Of a DNA stretch of 64,000 nt, positions 30,108 to 41,403 are shown piece after piece. How positions within the stretch are numbered: position 1 is the first letter of the stretch; every line of letters starts with the position of its first letter. The translations under genes and the position numbers were made by a program. The notes beneath the pieces are model-generated. The model did no database searches. It was not told the origin of the DNA and worked only from the letters and a program-made list of their open reading frames with translations. Source of the DNA: Polyangiales bacterium (GTDB lineage: Bacteria; Myxococcota_A; Polyangia; Polyangiales; Polyangiaceae); the NCBI GenBank assembly GCA_038231275.1, contig JBBRLQ010000015.1:1-64000 (forward strand), read 5' to 3'.

Positions 30108-30956
30108 ATGCAGAGTCTCGCGCGCTGCGCTTCGACGCTTACGCTTCTCCTCTCGTTGCTCTTCTTGCTCGTCCTCTCGGCGTGTCCGGGAGGAGACGCG
30201 CCGTTCACTCGACCCGTGGACGGGGGTCACGAGGGCACCGAGGGGAGCGCAGACGCGCGTTCCGCCCCCCTCGACGCGGCGACCGACAACGCCGTCTCGC
30301 CGGCGGACGCAGCCTTCGACGGCACCCGACCGTCCGCGAGCAGCGGCGCGCGATGCGGCGTCAGTGGTCGCAACGACTGCGGGCCGTTCGGCCTCTGCGA
30401 CCCGGTGCGCGGCTGCGTCGAGTGCGAGGTCGACGATGACTGTCCGCTTGCGGCGAGGCACTGCGTCGCCGGCGCCTGCGGCGAGTGCGTGGCCGGCGCG
30501 GGCGCCGGTGCGGTCGGGTGCTCCGCGGGGGCGCCGTCGTGCTGGCCGCTCGATCGCACGTGCCACGCCGCGTGCACGTCCCCTTCGTCGTGCCCGACCG
30601 CCGCGCACCTCTGCGACGCCATGACCGGCGAATGCCGCGGCTGCACGACGACCGCGGACTGCACGAACGGCGTCTGCGACCCGGTCTCGCGACAGTGCGT
30701 CGAATGCTCGACCGATCTCGATTGCGCCGCCGATCGCCCGCGGTGCGACGTCGCGCGCGCCGTCTGCGAAGCCTGCTCCTCCAACGACGACTGCGGCCTC
30801 GCCGAGCCGATTTGCGACCCCGCGTCGCGCCGGTGCCGCGTTGGCTGCACCTCCGACGCGCAGTGCCCGGGACAGAGCTGCGATCCGCGGACCGCCCGTT
30901 GTGTGAACGCAGCCGTCGACGCGGGGCCGGACGTCGCCGACGCGGGGGGCGGCTGA
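30108..30956 (+). CDS. Cys-rich repeat lipoprotein
   Basis: Lipobox LSAC; repeated CD....CVEC....DC units. Confidence 0.8.
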   Translation: MQSLARCASTLTLLLSLLFLLVLSACPGGDAPFTRPVDGGHEGTEGSADARSAPLDAATDNAVSPADAAFDGTRPSASSGARCGVSGRNDCGPFGLCDPVRGCVECEVDDDCPLAARHCVAGACGECVAGAGAGAVGCSAGAPSCWPLDRTCHAACTSPSSCPTAAHLCDAMTGECRGCTTTADCTNGVCDPVSRQCVECSTDLDCAADRPRCDVARAVCEACSSNDDCGLAEPICDPASRRCRVGCTSDAQCPGQSCDPRTARCVNAAVDAGPDVADAGGG

Positions 30957-30983
30957 GGACCAGGCTGCGCTCGGAATTCGCCC

Positions 30984-31682
30984 TTACTTCTTGCCCGCGC
31001 CCGACGCGCGCGTGACCGCCGCGCCGAAGTGATGGAGCGCGCCCGAAGGGACGCCATGGAATGCGAAGAGGCCGTTCCTCTCGTGCACCTCCACGTTCGC
31101 GAGCGGCTTCTGCGCCGCGAGGGCCTTCGTGATCGCGCGATAGGCGTCGCTCGCCGGGTGCTTCTTTGCGCCGCCGGTCAGCGCGGCGGTCGCCGCTTGG
31201 ATTTGCTTCACGCTCACGTCCGCCAGCCGGCGCGCGTGCGTGACGCCACCTTGCTTCACCGGAATCGTCACACGCTCGAACGCGATCGGCGCGCGCCCGG
31301 GTAGAGGTCCGCCGTGCTTGGCCTCGAGGAAACCGATCGCCGCGTCGAGCGTCGACACGCCGTAGCGCTCCTCCTCTGCGGCGGTCGCGTAGCGCGCGAC
31401 GCGAATGTTGCGCTGCGCTGTGCGCTCGGTCTCGTGGAGCTCCTTCGCGAAGAACTCCGACGCCGACGCGTAGTCGCCCACGACCCAGAGCGGCGGATCG
31501 TGATTGACGATCACGTCGACCACCTCCCACAAGAGATCGAACGCCTTGGCCCCCTGCCCTTTCGCCTGCTCGAGCGCGCGGAGGTGGCGATCCCAGAGGC
31601 TCTTGAGCTTGCCATCGACCTTGACGCGAACGTCGGCGGCGGAAGCGATCTTCTTCGTACGCGACAGCTTTCCCTTGGCCAT
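30984..31682 (-). CDS. Hypothetical basic protein, possibly DNA-binding (DUF3102-like segment)
   Basis: YASASEFFAKELHETERTAQRNIRVA resembles a helical DNA-binding segment; family call tentative. Confidence 0.6.
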   Translation of the reverse strand: MAKGKLSRTKKIASAADVRVKVDGKLKSLWDRHLRALEQAKGQGAKAFDLLWEVVDVIVNHDPPLWVVGDYASASEFFAKELHETERTAQRNIRVARYATAAEEERYGVSTLDAAIGFLEAKHGGPLPGRAPIAFERVTIPVKQGGVTHARRLADVSVKQIQAATAALTGGAKKHPASDAYRAITKALAAQKPLANVEVHERNGLFAFHGVPSGALHHFGAAVTRASGAGKK

Positions 31683-31721
31683 GCCGCGAGCATTGCGCGC
31701 ACAGCGCGGGCGACGCAAGCG

Positions 31722-31779
31722 CGCCGACGTTGGCGGCGAGTGGCGCCAACGTTGGCGGGGAGTGGCGCCAACGTTGGCG
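31722..31779. promoter_or_regulatory. Three copies of the palindrome CGCC(A/G)ACGTTGGCG at 22-bp period
   Basis: Copies at 31722-31735 (one mismatch), 31744-31757 and 31766-31779. Confidence 0.65.
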
Positions 31780-31809
31780 GTCTCTTCCGAGCGCCCTACG
31801 AGAGTGTGG

Positions 31810-32058
31810 CTACGCGGCGACGGCGGGGACTGGACCCACGAAGAATGGCGCGATCCGTACGTCGGAGGGGTACGGCTGAGAGCCCTTGCCGCGCAGACGC
31901 GTGCCGAGCGCGAGGAGCAGATTCCGAACGATCGCGTTGTGGCGGAGCGAGGCTCCCGCCATCGCGACGATCTGTCCGCCCAGCAGCTCGCTCCTCGTCG
32001 CCGCGACCCGCTCGCGCGCGAGGTAGTCCTCTTCCGAGACCCCCTCGAAGGGCTGCAT
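31810..32058 (-). pseudogene. Truncated Uma2-family endonuclease (N-terminal part only)
   Basis: EDYLARE..SELLGGQIVAMAGASLRHNAIVRNL..SDVRI, then similarity is lost before the catalytic core. Confidence 0.75.
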
Positions 32059-32106
32059 CCTCCTAACGTGGCAAGATCCGACGATGACGCGGGGCACGCG
32101 GAAGCA

Positions 32107-33372
32107 TCAGCGGGCGAGACACTTCAGGACGCCTGCGCCAACCACGATCCCGGTGCCATCGGAAGCGACCGGGCCGTTCTCCAGCCAGCACACGCGCACC
32201 TCGTCCGCGACCACGGCCTCCGGAAAAGCCAGGCCGGTCAAAAGCGCCACCGGCGGACCGCCGCCGCGTGGGAGCTTCATGAGCCTTCCCGCGGGCGGAG
32301 TGGCGTTGAAGTACGTTCCCCCCATCGTGATCCAGACGACGTCGTTCTTGGTGAGGGCCAGCCCTTGCGCGCCGTCGGTGATGTGATCGACGAGCGTGTC
32401 GCTCTGCGCTTGCCCGACCTTGCGGTGAACCAAGCTGCCGTACGGCTTCTTCTGGAGCTGCGATGAACCCTTGTTCAACCAGAAGACCTCGTCGCCGTCG
32501 GCCACGATCCCGTAGGGCATGCTCTCACCGCCGCTCAACGTCGTGAGGGTCGGCGGGCTCGCCGCCGTCGCGACGCTGTAGATGATGCCGTTGAAGCGAT
32601 CGGCGATGTAGAGCGTATCGTTTCCCAATGCCGTGTACGCCGGGAGGTCGAGGTTCATCGCCAACCGCACCGGTGTTCCCAGCGCGCCGCCGTTCAAGGG
32701 CGCCGTCCACACGGAGGAGCTCCTCGACGTGGTCACGCTGATCCAGAAAAGACTCGTCGCCGTCGGCAGCGGGGCGACGGTGTTCGCCTGCGGCAAGACG
32801 GGCGTGCTGGCGCCGCCGGTCTTCGGCATGCGAACGAGCTGCCCACCTTGCGTGAGGTAGATGTCCGCGTCGGAGAGGCCGATCTCGATATTTGTGAACG
32901 CGTAGGCCGCGAGGAGCGTGGTCGCGGTGCCGTCCCACGCGACGCGAACGAGATCCCAAGAGCTGCCGCTGGCGAGCCTGCTCTGAAAGTAAACGGCATC
33001 CTTGTCCATCCGCAGTCGGACGTTCGCCACAGTGAGGTTCGTCTTCATCACGAAGGGCTGGCAGACACCGGCGGCACAGGCCCCACCCAAGCAGTCGTGG
33101 TTGCAGCTGCCGCAGTGGGCCGGATCGCTCGTGAGGTCCGCCTTGCATGCAGCGCCTCCATCGTCGTGGGCGGCTCCGTCGATGGCGGTCGCCGCACCTT
33201 CGGAGCCGCCGCCGTCGACACCACCGGCGCCGTCCGCCTCACCCGCCGCCGCGTCGGCCCTGGCCCCGTCGGCGGGCGCCCCCGCGCCGTCCCCGCTCGC
33301 ACCTCCGCAGGCCGCGCCGCCAAGAATGAGGGCCGTTGCCAGCGCCAAGGTCCCGAGTCGATGGTTCAGCAT
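32107..33372 (-). CDS. Lipoprotein with Cys-rich motif and beta-propeller domain
   Basis: Lipobox GAAC; DPAHCGSCNHDC; repeated ..VFW/VYF.. blades. Confidence 0.8.
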   Translation of the reverse strand: MLNHRLGTLALATALILGGAACGGASGDGAGAPADGARADAAAGEADGAGGVDGGGSEGAATAIDGAAHDDGGAACKADLTSDPAHCGSCNHDCLGGACAAGVCQPFVMKTNLTVANVRLRMDKDAVYFQSRLASGSSWDLVRVAWDGTATTLLAAYAFTNIEIGLSDADIYLTQGGQLVRMPKTGGASTPVLPQANTVAPLPTATSLFWISVTTSRSSSVWTAPLNGGALGTPVRLAMNLDLPAYTALGNDTLYIADRFNGIIYSVATAASPPTLTTLSGGESMPYGIVADGDEVFWLNKGSSQLQKKPYGSLVHRKVGQAQSDTLVDHITDGAQGLALTKNDVVWITMGGTYFNATPPAGRLMKLPRGGGPPVALLTGLAFPEAVVADEVRVCWLENGPVASDGTGIVVGAGVLKCLAR

Positions 33373-33516
33373 GGTTCCAACGTTGAAGAGCGAAACCCGT
33401 GCCTACCTTTGCGGCGGAAATCGTGGGCAAAACACGACAGCGTGGCTGTCCGCGGCGTCGGACAGTGGTGTCCGACTCTTGGGACGGCGACGTCTCGGTC
33501 GTCGAGACGGTCCGGC

Positions 33517-33532
33517 TGGCACGTGTTTCGCT
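33517..33532 (+). promoter_or_regulatory. Putative sigma54 promoter TGGCACG-TGTT-TCGCT
   Basis: GG 33518-33519 and GC 33530-33531 with a 10-nt spacer; just upstream of ATG 33549. Confidence 0.55.
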
Positions 33533-33548
33533 CTGGCTCTGGCGCACG

Positions 33549-34316
33549 ATGACCATCCGCGCGCGTAGCGAAGAAAAGCACCGATCCACCGACCGCGGTG
33601 TCGCCGGCGGTTCACGCGGCCGCGTCATCGCGATCGCAGCCCTCGCGTGCGGGGCAGTCGTCCCGTGCGTCCTCGGCTGCCAGCGGACGAGCGACTACGA
33701 CCCTCCTCCCGCGTTGCGCCCCGACGCCGGTGACGTTCCGCCCGACATCGCCGACGCGGCGTTCGAGGGGGCCGCGCCCGGGAAGGCGCCGCCGCCCGGC
33801 GCCCCTGGAGCGTTGCCGTGCGAAGACGCCAGCGTCTGCCTCGACGTCGTGGGACCACCGCCGTTTCCTTCGCTCGCCGGTGAGGATGTCCTCCTGCGCA
33901 ACCTCACGCGCGGCGAAGCCGATGGTCAGCGCTATGGCATCGCCCACGACGGAGCGATCGTGCTCGTCGAAGCGGCGCTTTGGGCGACATCCGGCGAGCC
34001 GATCACCGCGGAGATATTTCTCTGGTCAGGGACGTCGCGCACGCCGCTTGGCGCGAGCACCCTCGCGGCAACCGCGTTCCCGACCTACGACGGGACCACA
34101 TCACCGAACGTCACCACGTTGTTCCGGATCGATCCGCCCATCTTCGTGAAGAGCGGAGACACGGTCGACGTGATCTTCCAGCCTTGGGCGTCGGCGGTGG
34201 GCGGCATCCACAAGGCGAACGTCGATCCCTCGAGCAGGATCGCCTACTCGGACCCGGCGATGGTCGTCCCGACGCAAGACTGGGACTTCGTCAGCCGCCT
34301 GCTCATGAGGCCGTAG
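33549..34316 (+). CDS. Hypothetical lipoprotein
   Basis: Hydrophobic stretch plus VLGC, DAG linker; start uncertain. Confidence 0.6.
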   Translation: MTIRARSEEKHRSTDRGVAGGSRGRVIAIAALACGAVVPCVLGCQRTSDYDPPPALRPDAGDVPPDIADAAFEGAAPGKAPPPGAPGALPCEDASVCLDVVGPPPFPSLAGEDVLLRNLTRGEADGQRYGIAHDGAIVLVEAALWATSGEPITAEIFLWSGTSRTPLGASTLAATAFPTYDGTTSPNVTTLFRIDPPIFVKSGDTVDVIFQPWASAVGGIHKANVDPSSRIAYSDPAMVVPTQDWDFVSRLLMRP

Positions 34317-34361
34317 AACCGCAAGCCTCGTCCACAAACCGAACACCCAACATTCCCACAA

Positions 34362-34502
34362 GCGGCTTGGCGGGCTCGCCCCTCCTTTGCCCCGTAAGGA
34401 CCCCACGCGCCGGCGCATCCGCTGCACTAGCCACTCACCCGCGTCGCCGGCGCGAGCGCGCCCCCCGCCAGGGGCAAAGGAGGGGCGAGCCCGCCAAGCC
34501 GC
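34362..34502. repeat. 141-bp element with 32-bp perfect terminal inverted repeats (MITE-like or large stem-loop)
   Basis: 34362-34393 is the exact reverse complement of 34471-34502; inner 10-bp inverted repeat 34406-34415/34445-34454. Confidence 0.8.
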
Positions 34503-34541
34503 GGCGTAGATCCGCACCGCGATCCGCGCTAAACCCGCCCC

Positions 34542-36905
<2,364 letters not shown>

Positions 36906-36962
36906 CCCGCGATTTGTGTGATACTTTTTGGTGCCCCGGGCTCGTAGCCGGGACGCGAAGCC

Positions 36963-38087
36963 ATGTCGAAAGCTCCGTCACCGCTCCTCGGGTACAACAA
37001 CAACGTCCGGCACAAAAACCGGATGTTTCACGTCCAGACCGAAGACTCTGGCGTCAAGCACCCGCACATCATCACGCACCTCTTCATGGATGGCGGCCGT
37101 ATCCTCAAGTCGGTCAAGAAGAGCTACGCGGAGCACGTCGGCACCGATGGGATGAGCGACGTCGTCCGCAACATGATGAAGGATCAGCACAAGGAGATGC
37201 TGATCGCGCTGCGCGATGGGCAGTACGACCACCTCGTCGATCCGAAGGCCGCGGCGGCGAAGGCCGCGGCGGCGGCGCAAGCGGCGGCGAGCCAGACCGA
37301 GGCGTCGCCTGCTCCCACGTCGGCGAAGGCGCCGTCGCAGCGCCCGCCGTCGACGAGGCCCGCGTCGCAGCGGCCGCCGTCGGTGAAACCGGGGCCGCTC
37401 CCCAGCGCCGCCAAGCCAGGATCCGCGCGGCCGCCGCCGGTGTCGGCGGGTCCCGTCATCTCGACCGCGAAATCGCAGCCGTTCGAGGACGCGCCGGCCA
37501 CGACACGAACGCCCGCCCAGGCGAACGCCGCCGAGCTCACGCTCGACATCGACGCGCTCGAGCGAGCGGCGAAAGACGCCGAGACCACCGCGCCGATATT
37601 CGAGCCGAAGAACGATCTGCCACCGCCTCCGCAGAACCTTCTGCGCGACAAATCGGTGACCGGTGGCTACCGCACGCTGACGCCGGGGCCGGACATGCAG
37701 AAGCCGCTCAGCCGCCCGCCGCCGCCGTCGCAGCAATCGCAACAGCACCACCAGCAGGGCGGAGCGCGGCGGCCGCCGACGATGCCGCCGCGCAAGCCCG
37801 GATCGGGGCCTCCCGGGAAGCCCGGATCGAGCGGGTCGAGCCCCCCCGGCCGTCAGATGCCGCCGTTCGCAGCGAAGCCGCCGGGCAAGCCGCCGCCGAG
37901 CCGACCCGGCGATGGTCGCTACGCGCCGGCGCGCCCCGCCGCGATCTTCGGCCCGCCCGCGCGCCCGCAGCAGGCGCCGACGTCGTCCCTCTTCGGGGAG
38001 GATCTCATCAGCGACAAGTCGCTCGACGAGGTGATCCTGAGCTACCTGGCCGAGGATCTCGAACCGAACGACAAGAAGAAGCGGTAG
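36963..38087 (+). CDS. Hypothetical protein: globular N-terminal domain, Pro-rich linker, acidic C-terminal helix
   Basis: GYNNNVRHK..FHVQTEDSG; C-terminal SDKSLDEVILSYLAEDL; strong codon bias. Confidence 0.8.
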   Translation: MSKAPSPLLGYNNNVRHKNRMFHVQTEDSGVKHPHIITHLFMDGGRILKSVKKSYAEHVGTDGMSDVVRNMMKDQHKEMLIALRDGQYDHLVDPKAAAAKAAAAAQAAASQTEASPAPTSAKAPSQRPPSTRPASQRPPSVKPGPLPSAAKPGSARPPPVSAGPVISTAKSQPFEDAPATTRTPAQANAAELTLDIDALERAAKDAETTAPIFEPKNDLPPPPQNLLRDKSVTGGYRTLTPGPDMQKPLSRPPPPSQQSQQHHQQGGARRPPTMPPRKPGSGPPGKPGSSGSSPPGRQMPPFAAKPPGKPPPSRPGDGRYAPARPAAIFGPPARPQQAPTSSLFGEDLISDKSLDEVILSYLAEDLEPNDKKKR

Positions 38088-38105
38088 CGCGCGCGTCTCG
38101 ATTTT

Positions 38106-41100
38106 TTACGGCGGCTTCCACGCGACCGCGGCGTCGCGCTCGGCGCTCATCCACGCGCCCGCTGCGGTGAACTCCTCGGCAGCCTTCTTCGCCGCCGCGA
38201 GCGACGCCTCGCGGTCCTTCTTCACCTTGGCGAGCGCCTTCGCGAGCGCGAAGTGGAGCTCGCCGCGCAGCTCGAACGGGAGCCGTTTGGTGGCGGCGAT
38301 CTCCTCCGCATGTTCGAGAAGCGGAAGCGCGACGGCGTGCTGGCCCAGCGCGACGTTGGCGCGCGCGAGGCCGATGATGTCGCCGGCCATCTCGGCGGTC
38401 GCCTTCCCAGAGCGCTCCTCGTCGATCGCGCGCGCGTGCTCGTACGCAGCGAGCGCCTCGGCGTTCTTGCCGGCGCGGAGGAGGACGTGCCCGATATTTC
38501 GCTCCGCGCGCGCGACCTCGGCGTGGGATGGGCCGAGCGCCTTGACGTAGATCGACCTCGCCTTCTCGTAGGTCGCGCGCGCGACGTCGAGCGCGCCGGT
38601 CTGCTCCTGCACGATCCCGAGATCGAGAATGGCGTCTCCGGTCTCCGCGTGCTCGAGGCCGAGCGCCTTCTCGTCGATCCCGATGGCGCGCTCGAGCAGC
38701 GCGGTGGCGCGCGTCGTCTCACCGCGCTTTCGAACCGACAGCGCGACGTTGATGAGCGCGGCGGCGACGGCCGGGTGGTCAGGCCCCAAGACCTTCTCGT
38801 CGATGGAGAGCGCGCGCTCGTAGCTGACGAGCGCGTCGTCGATGCGCCCCGCGTAAGCCTGCGCGACGCCGAGGCTGTTGATGACCTCGGCGACGTCGGG
38901 GTGCTCGGGGCCGAAGATCTTCTCGGTGACGGCGGCGGCCTCTTTGAGCGTGGCGATGGCGTCATCCACGCGGCGTTGATCGCGGAGCGCGCGGCCGAGG
39001 CGCATGAGCGACTTGGCGACGCGCGGGTGATCGGGGCCGAAGAGCGAACGCGCGAGCGCGAGGGCCTCGCGGTGCTTGGCCTCGGCCTCGACGTATTTGT
39101 GCTGGCCGCCGAACATCTGCCCGAGGCCGTCCAAGAGGAGCAGCTCGGCGAGGCCGCCGCCGCCCGCACGCTCGAGGGCAGCGCGCGCGCGTTGCTCGTT
39201 GCGCTGCGCGTCGGCCGCGTCGACGAGCATGCCGCCGCTCAGGCCGACCAGCGTGGCCCAGAGCTCGGCGGCGAGCTCGTCGGAGCGACCGGCCTCGGCC
39301 GCCGCGACGGCCAGGAGGAGCGTGTCGCGCGATCCTTTCACCTCGCCGATCGCAAACTCGAGGCCCCCGCGTAGCGCGAGCGCCTCCGCCTCGAGGGGAC
39401 GGTAGCGCAGGCGCGTGGCGCGATCGACGAGCGGCTTGACGGACGCGAGCGCCTCCTTCGCCTTGCCGGAGTCGCCGAGCGCCTGCGCGCGCGCCAACTC
39501 GACGCGGAGCGCGTTCACCTCCTGGAGCGTCGCGGGATCGTTCGGCGGCGGGACGCGCGCCGTGAGCGCCGTGGTATCGCTGCACGCCTTTATGGGCGGC
39601 AGCTCCGTGACGGCCCGCGCCGCGTTCTCGGTGGCGCCGCGATCGGCGTGCGCGAGGACGTCGGAGAGCGCGCGCAGGTGCTCGAGCCGGTCGTCGAGGC
39701 AGCGCGTCCGCAGCGTGAAGACCTGATCGGATTGATCGCCGCGCACGCGCGTCGCCACGCACGCGTCGGTGCGCGCCGCCGTCCACTCCGCCGCGTACGC
39801 GTCGAGCGCGCGACGTACGGCACGCGCGGCGTCGTCGGCGAACGGCGCGCCGGTCGAATGCAGCGCCGCGTCGACTTCCGCCTTGCGCGCGTCGTCCCAC
39901 GACCCCACCAGCGCCGCCTCGGCCCCCTGGCACATGCGCCCCTTCTGCTGCCCGCGCGCGCCCGCCGCGACGAGCGCGACGAACCCGATCACGAGCGCCG
40001 CCCCCACCACCATCCTCCGCCTCCGCGCCGCAGGATCGCGGGCGAGCGCCTCCAGGAGATCCTCCATCGTCGCGAACCGCGCGTCGGGCTTCGCCGACAG
40101 GCCACGAAGAAGCGCCTCGCGCAGGAACGGCGGCACGCGCGACGTCTTCGGCGCCTTTCGCACGGTCCCGCCGACCACCGAGGCCGCCAGCCCGCGCGGC
40201 GTCTCGCCATCGAACGGACGCTCGCCGTAGAGCGCCTCGTAGAGCGCGACGCAGAAGCTGAACTGATCGGTGCGCGCGTCGGTCGCCCGTCCGGTGTACT
40301 GCTCGGGCGCCATGTACTCCGGCGTTCCGACGACGAAGCCGGGGCGCGTGACGGCGTCGAGCGTCGCCGGCGTGTGCGGACCGCTCGCGGTTCGTGGCGT
40401 CCGTGGCGACTTGGAGAGCGGCGCGTCTCCTGGCGTGCGCACGACAGGCGGTGACGTATCGGCAACGGTGTGCGCGGGCGCGGTCTTCGCGCGGGCGAAG
40501 CTGTCGGGGTCGACCGCCGCGCCGTCCCCTTCTGCGGGCGCCCGCGCGAGGCCAAAATCGGTGACCCGAACGCGCCCGTCGTCGCCGACGAGCACGTTGT
40601 CGGGCTTGAAATCACGGTGAACGAGCCCCGCGTCGTGCGCGGCGGCGAGCCCGCGTCCGGCCTGCGCGAACACCTTCAGGACCTCCGCCTGCGATCGCTC
40701 TTCGCGAAGCCAATGCGCGAGCGTCGGACCCGCGACGAACTCCATCGCGATGAAGACGCGCTCGCCGAACGTGCCGACGTCGTGCACCGCGATGACGTTG
40801 GGATGCGCGAGACGCGCCATGGCCCGCGCCTCGCGAATCAGGCGCCGTTGCCGTGCCGCCGGCTCTTCTTGTCCTCCAGGATCCTCGAGGAGGAGCTTCA
40901 GTGCGACGCGCCGGTCCAGCTCCGGATCGAACGCCGCGTAGACGGCCCCCATCCCTCCTACGCCGACGCGGTCGAGGACGAGGTAGCGGCCGAGCGCCTC
41001 TCCGCGCGCGAGCGGGGCCGAGTCGTGCCTCCGCGGCGCCGCCTCACCGCCCGAGGGATGCGACTCGCCGGTGTACGCCCGCGCCGCGTGCGTCTCCGCC

Positions 41101-41147
41101 GCGCTCCGAGGGGCCTCGCCGTCGTCGTCGTCCTTGGGGGAGCTCAA
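38106..41147 (-). CDS. Membrane Ser/Thr kinase with C-terminal TPR repeats
   Basis: HRDFKPDN, DFG, GTPEYMAPE, a TM helix and GP(D/E)HP TPR repeats. Confidence 0.92.
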   Translation of the reverse strand: MSSPKDDDDGEAPRSAAETHAARAYTGESHPSGGEAAPRRHDSAPLARGEALGRYLVLDRVGVGGMGAVYAAFDPELDRRVALKLLLEDPGGQEEPAARQRRLIREARAMARLAHPNVIAVHDVGTFGERVFIAMEFVAGPTLAHWLREERSQAEVLKVFAQAGRGLAAAHDAGLVHRDFKPDNVLVGDDGRVRVTDFGLARAPAEGDGAAVDPDSFARAKTAPAHTVADTSPPVVRTPGDAPLSKSPRTPRTASGPHTPATLDAVTRPGFVVGTPEYMAPEQYTGRATDARTDQFSFCVALYEALYGERPFDGETPRGLAASVVGGTVRKAPKTSRVPPFLREALLRGLSAKPDARFATMEDLLEALARDPAARRRRMVVGAALVIGFVALVAAGARGQQKGRMCQGAEAALVGSWDDARKAEVDAALHSTGAPFADDAARAVRRALDAYAAEWTAARTDACVATRVRGDQSDQVFTLRTRCLDDRLEHLRALSDVLAHADRGATENAARAVTELPPIKACSDTTALTARVPPPNDPATLQEVNALRVELARAQALGDSGKAKEALASVKPLVDRATRLRYRPLEAEALALRGGLEFAIGEVKGSRDTLLLAVAAAEAGRSDELAAELWATLVGLSGGMLVDAADAQRNEQRARAALERAGGGGLAELLLLDGLGQMFGGQHKYVEAEAKHREALALARSLFGPDHPRVAKSLMRLGRALRDQRRVDDAIATLKEAAAVTEKIFGPEHPDVAEVINSLGVAQAYAGRIDDALVSYERALSIDEKVLGPDHPAVAAALINVALSVRKRGETTRATALLERAIGIDEKALGLEHAETGDAILDLGIVQEQTGALDVARATYEKARSIYVKALGPSHAEVARAERNIGHVLLRAGKNAEALAAYEHARAIDEERSGKATAEMAGDIIGLARANVALGQHAVALPLLEHAEEIAATKRLPFELRGELHFALAKALAKVKKDREASLAAAKKAAEEFTAAGAWMSAERDAAVAWKPP

Positions 41148-41222
41148 CGCATCGAGGATACCTCGACCGTCGCGCGCGCGCCCGGGCGCGCCGTGCGCGA
41201 CGGTCCGTCACGACGTACGGGC

Positions 41223-41393
41223 AAAAAAAACGTGCCCAGACGGCCCTGCGCTCAATGAGGGGGAGCGCAGAGCAGCCTGGGCACGGGGCCACGCGGTTGG
41301 GGTGGGTGGGGTTTGGGCCGCGTGGCCTTCAACGCGTGACCCAGCGGCGTAGGAGGGGCGCCGCCCAGGTCACGTCTTCTATCTGGGGTCGGG
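41223..41393 (-). ncRNA. Candidate small RNA with three C-rich-loop hairpins and a U8 terminator
   Basis: Three adjacent inverted repeats (41231-41285, 41287-41327, 41335-41374) and an A8 run at 41223-41230; stem mismatches become G-U pairs on the minus strand. Confidence 0.65.
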
Positions 41394-41403
41394 CTTCACG
41401 ATG

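Noticed and set aside
31722..31779. Mini-CRISPR
   Set aside because: Spacers are only 8 bp and nearly identical.
41297..41317. G-quadruplex as the main function of GGGGTGGGTGGGGTTTGGG
   Set aside because: It fits the pattern, but the flanking stems, sister C-rich loops and U8 tail are better explained by a minus-strand RNA. Not fully excluded.
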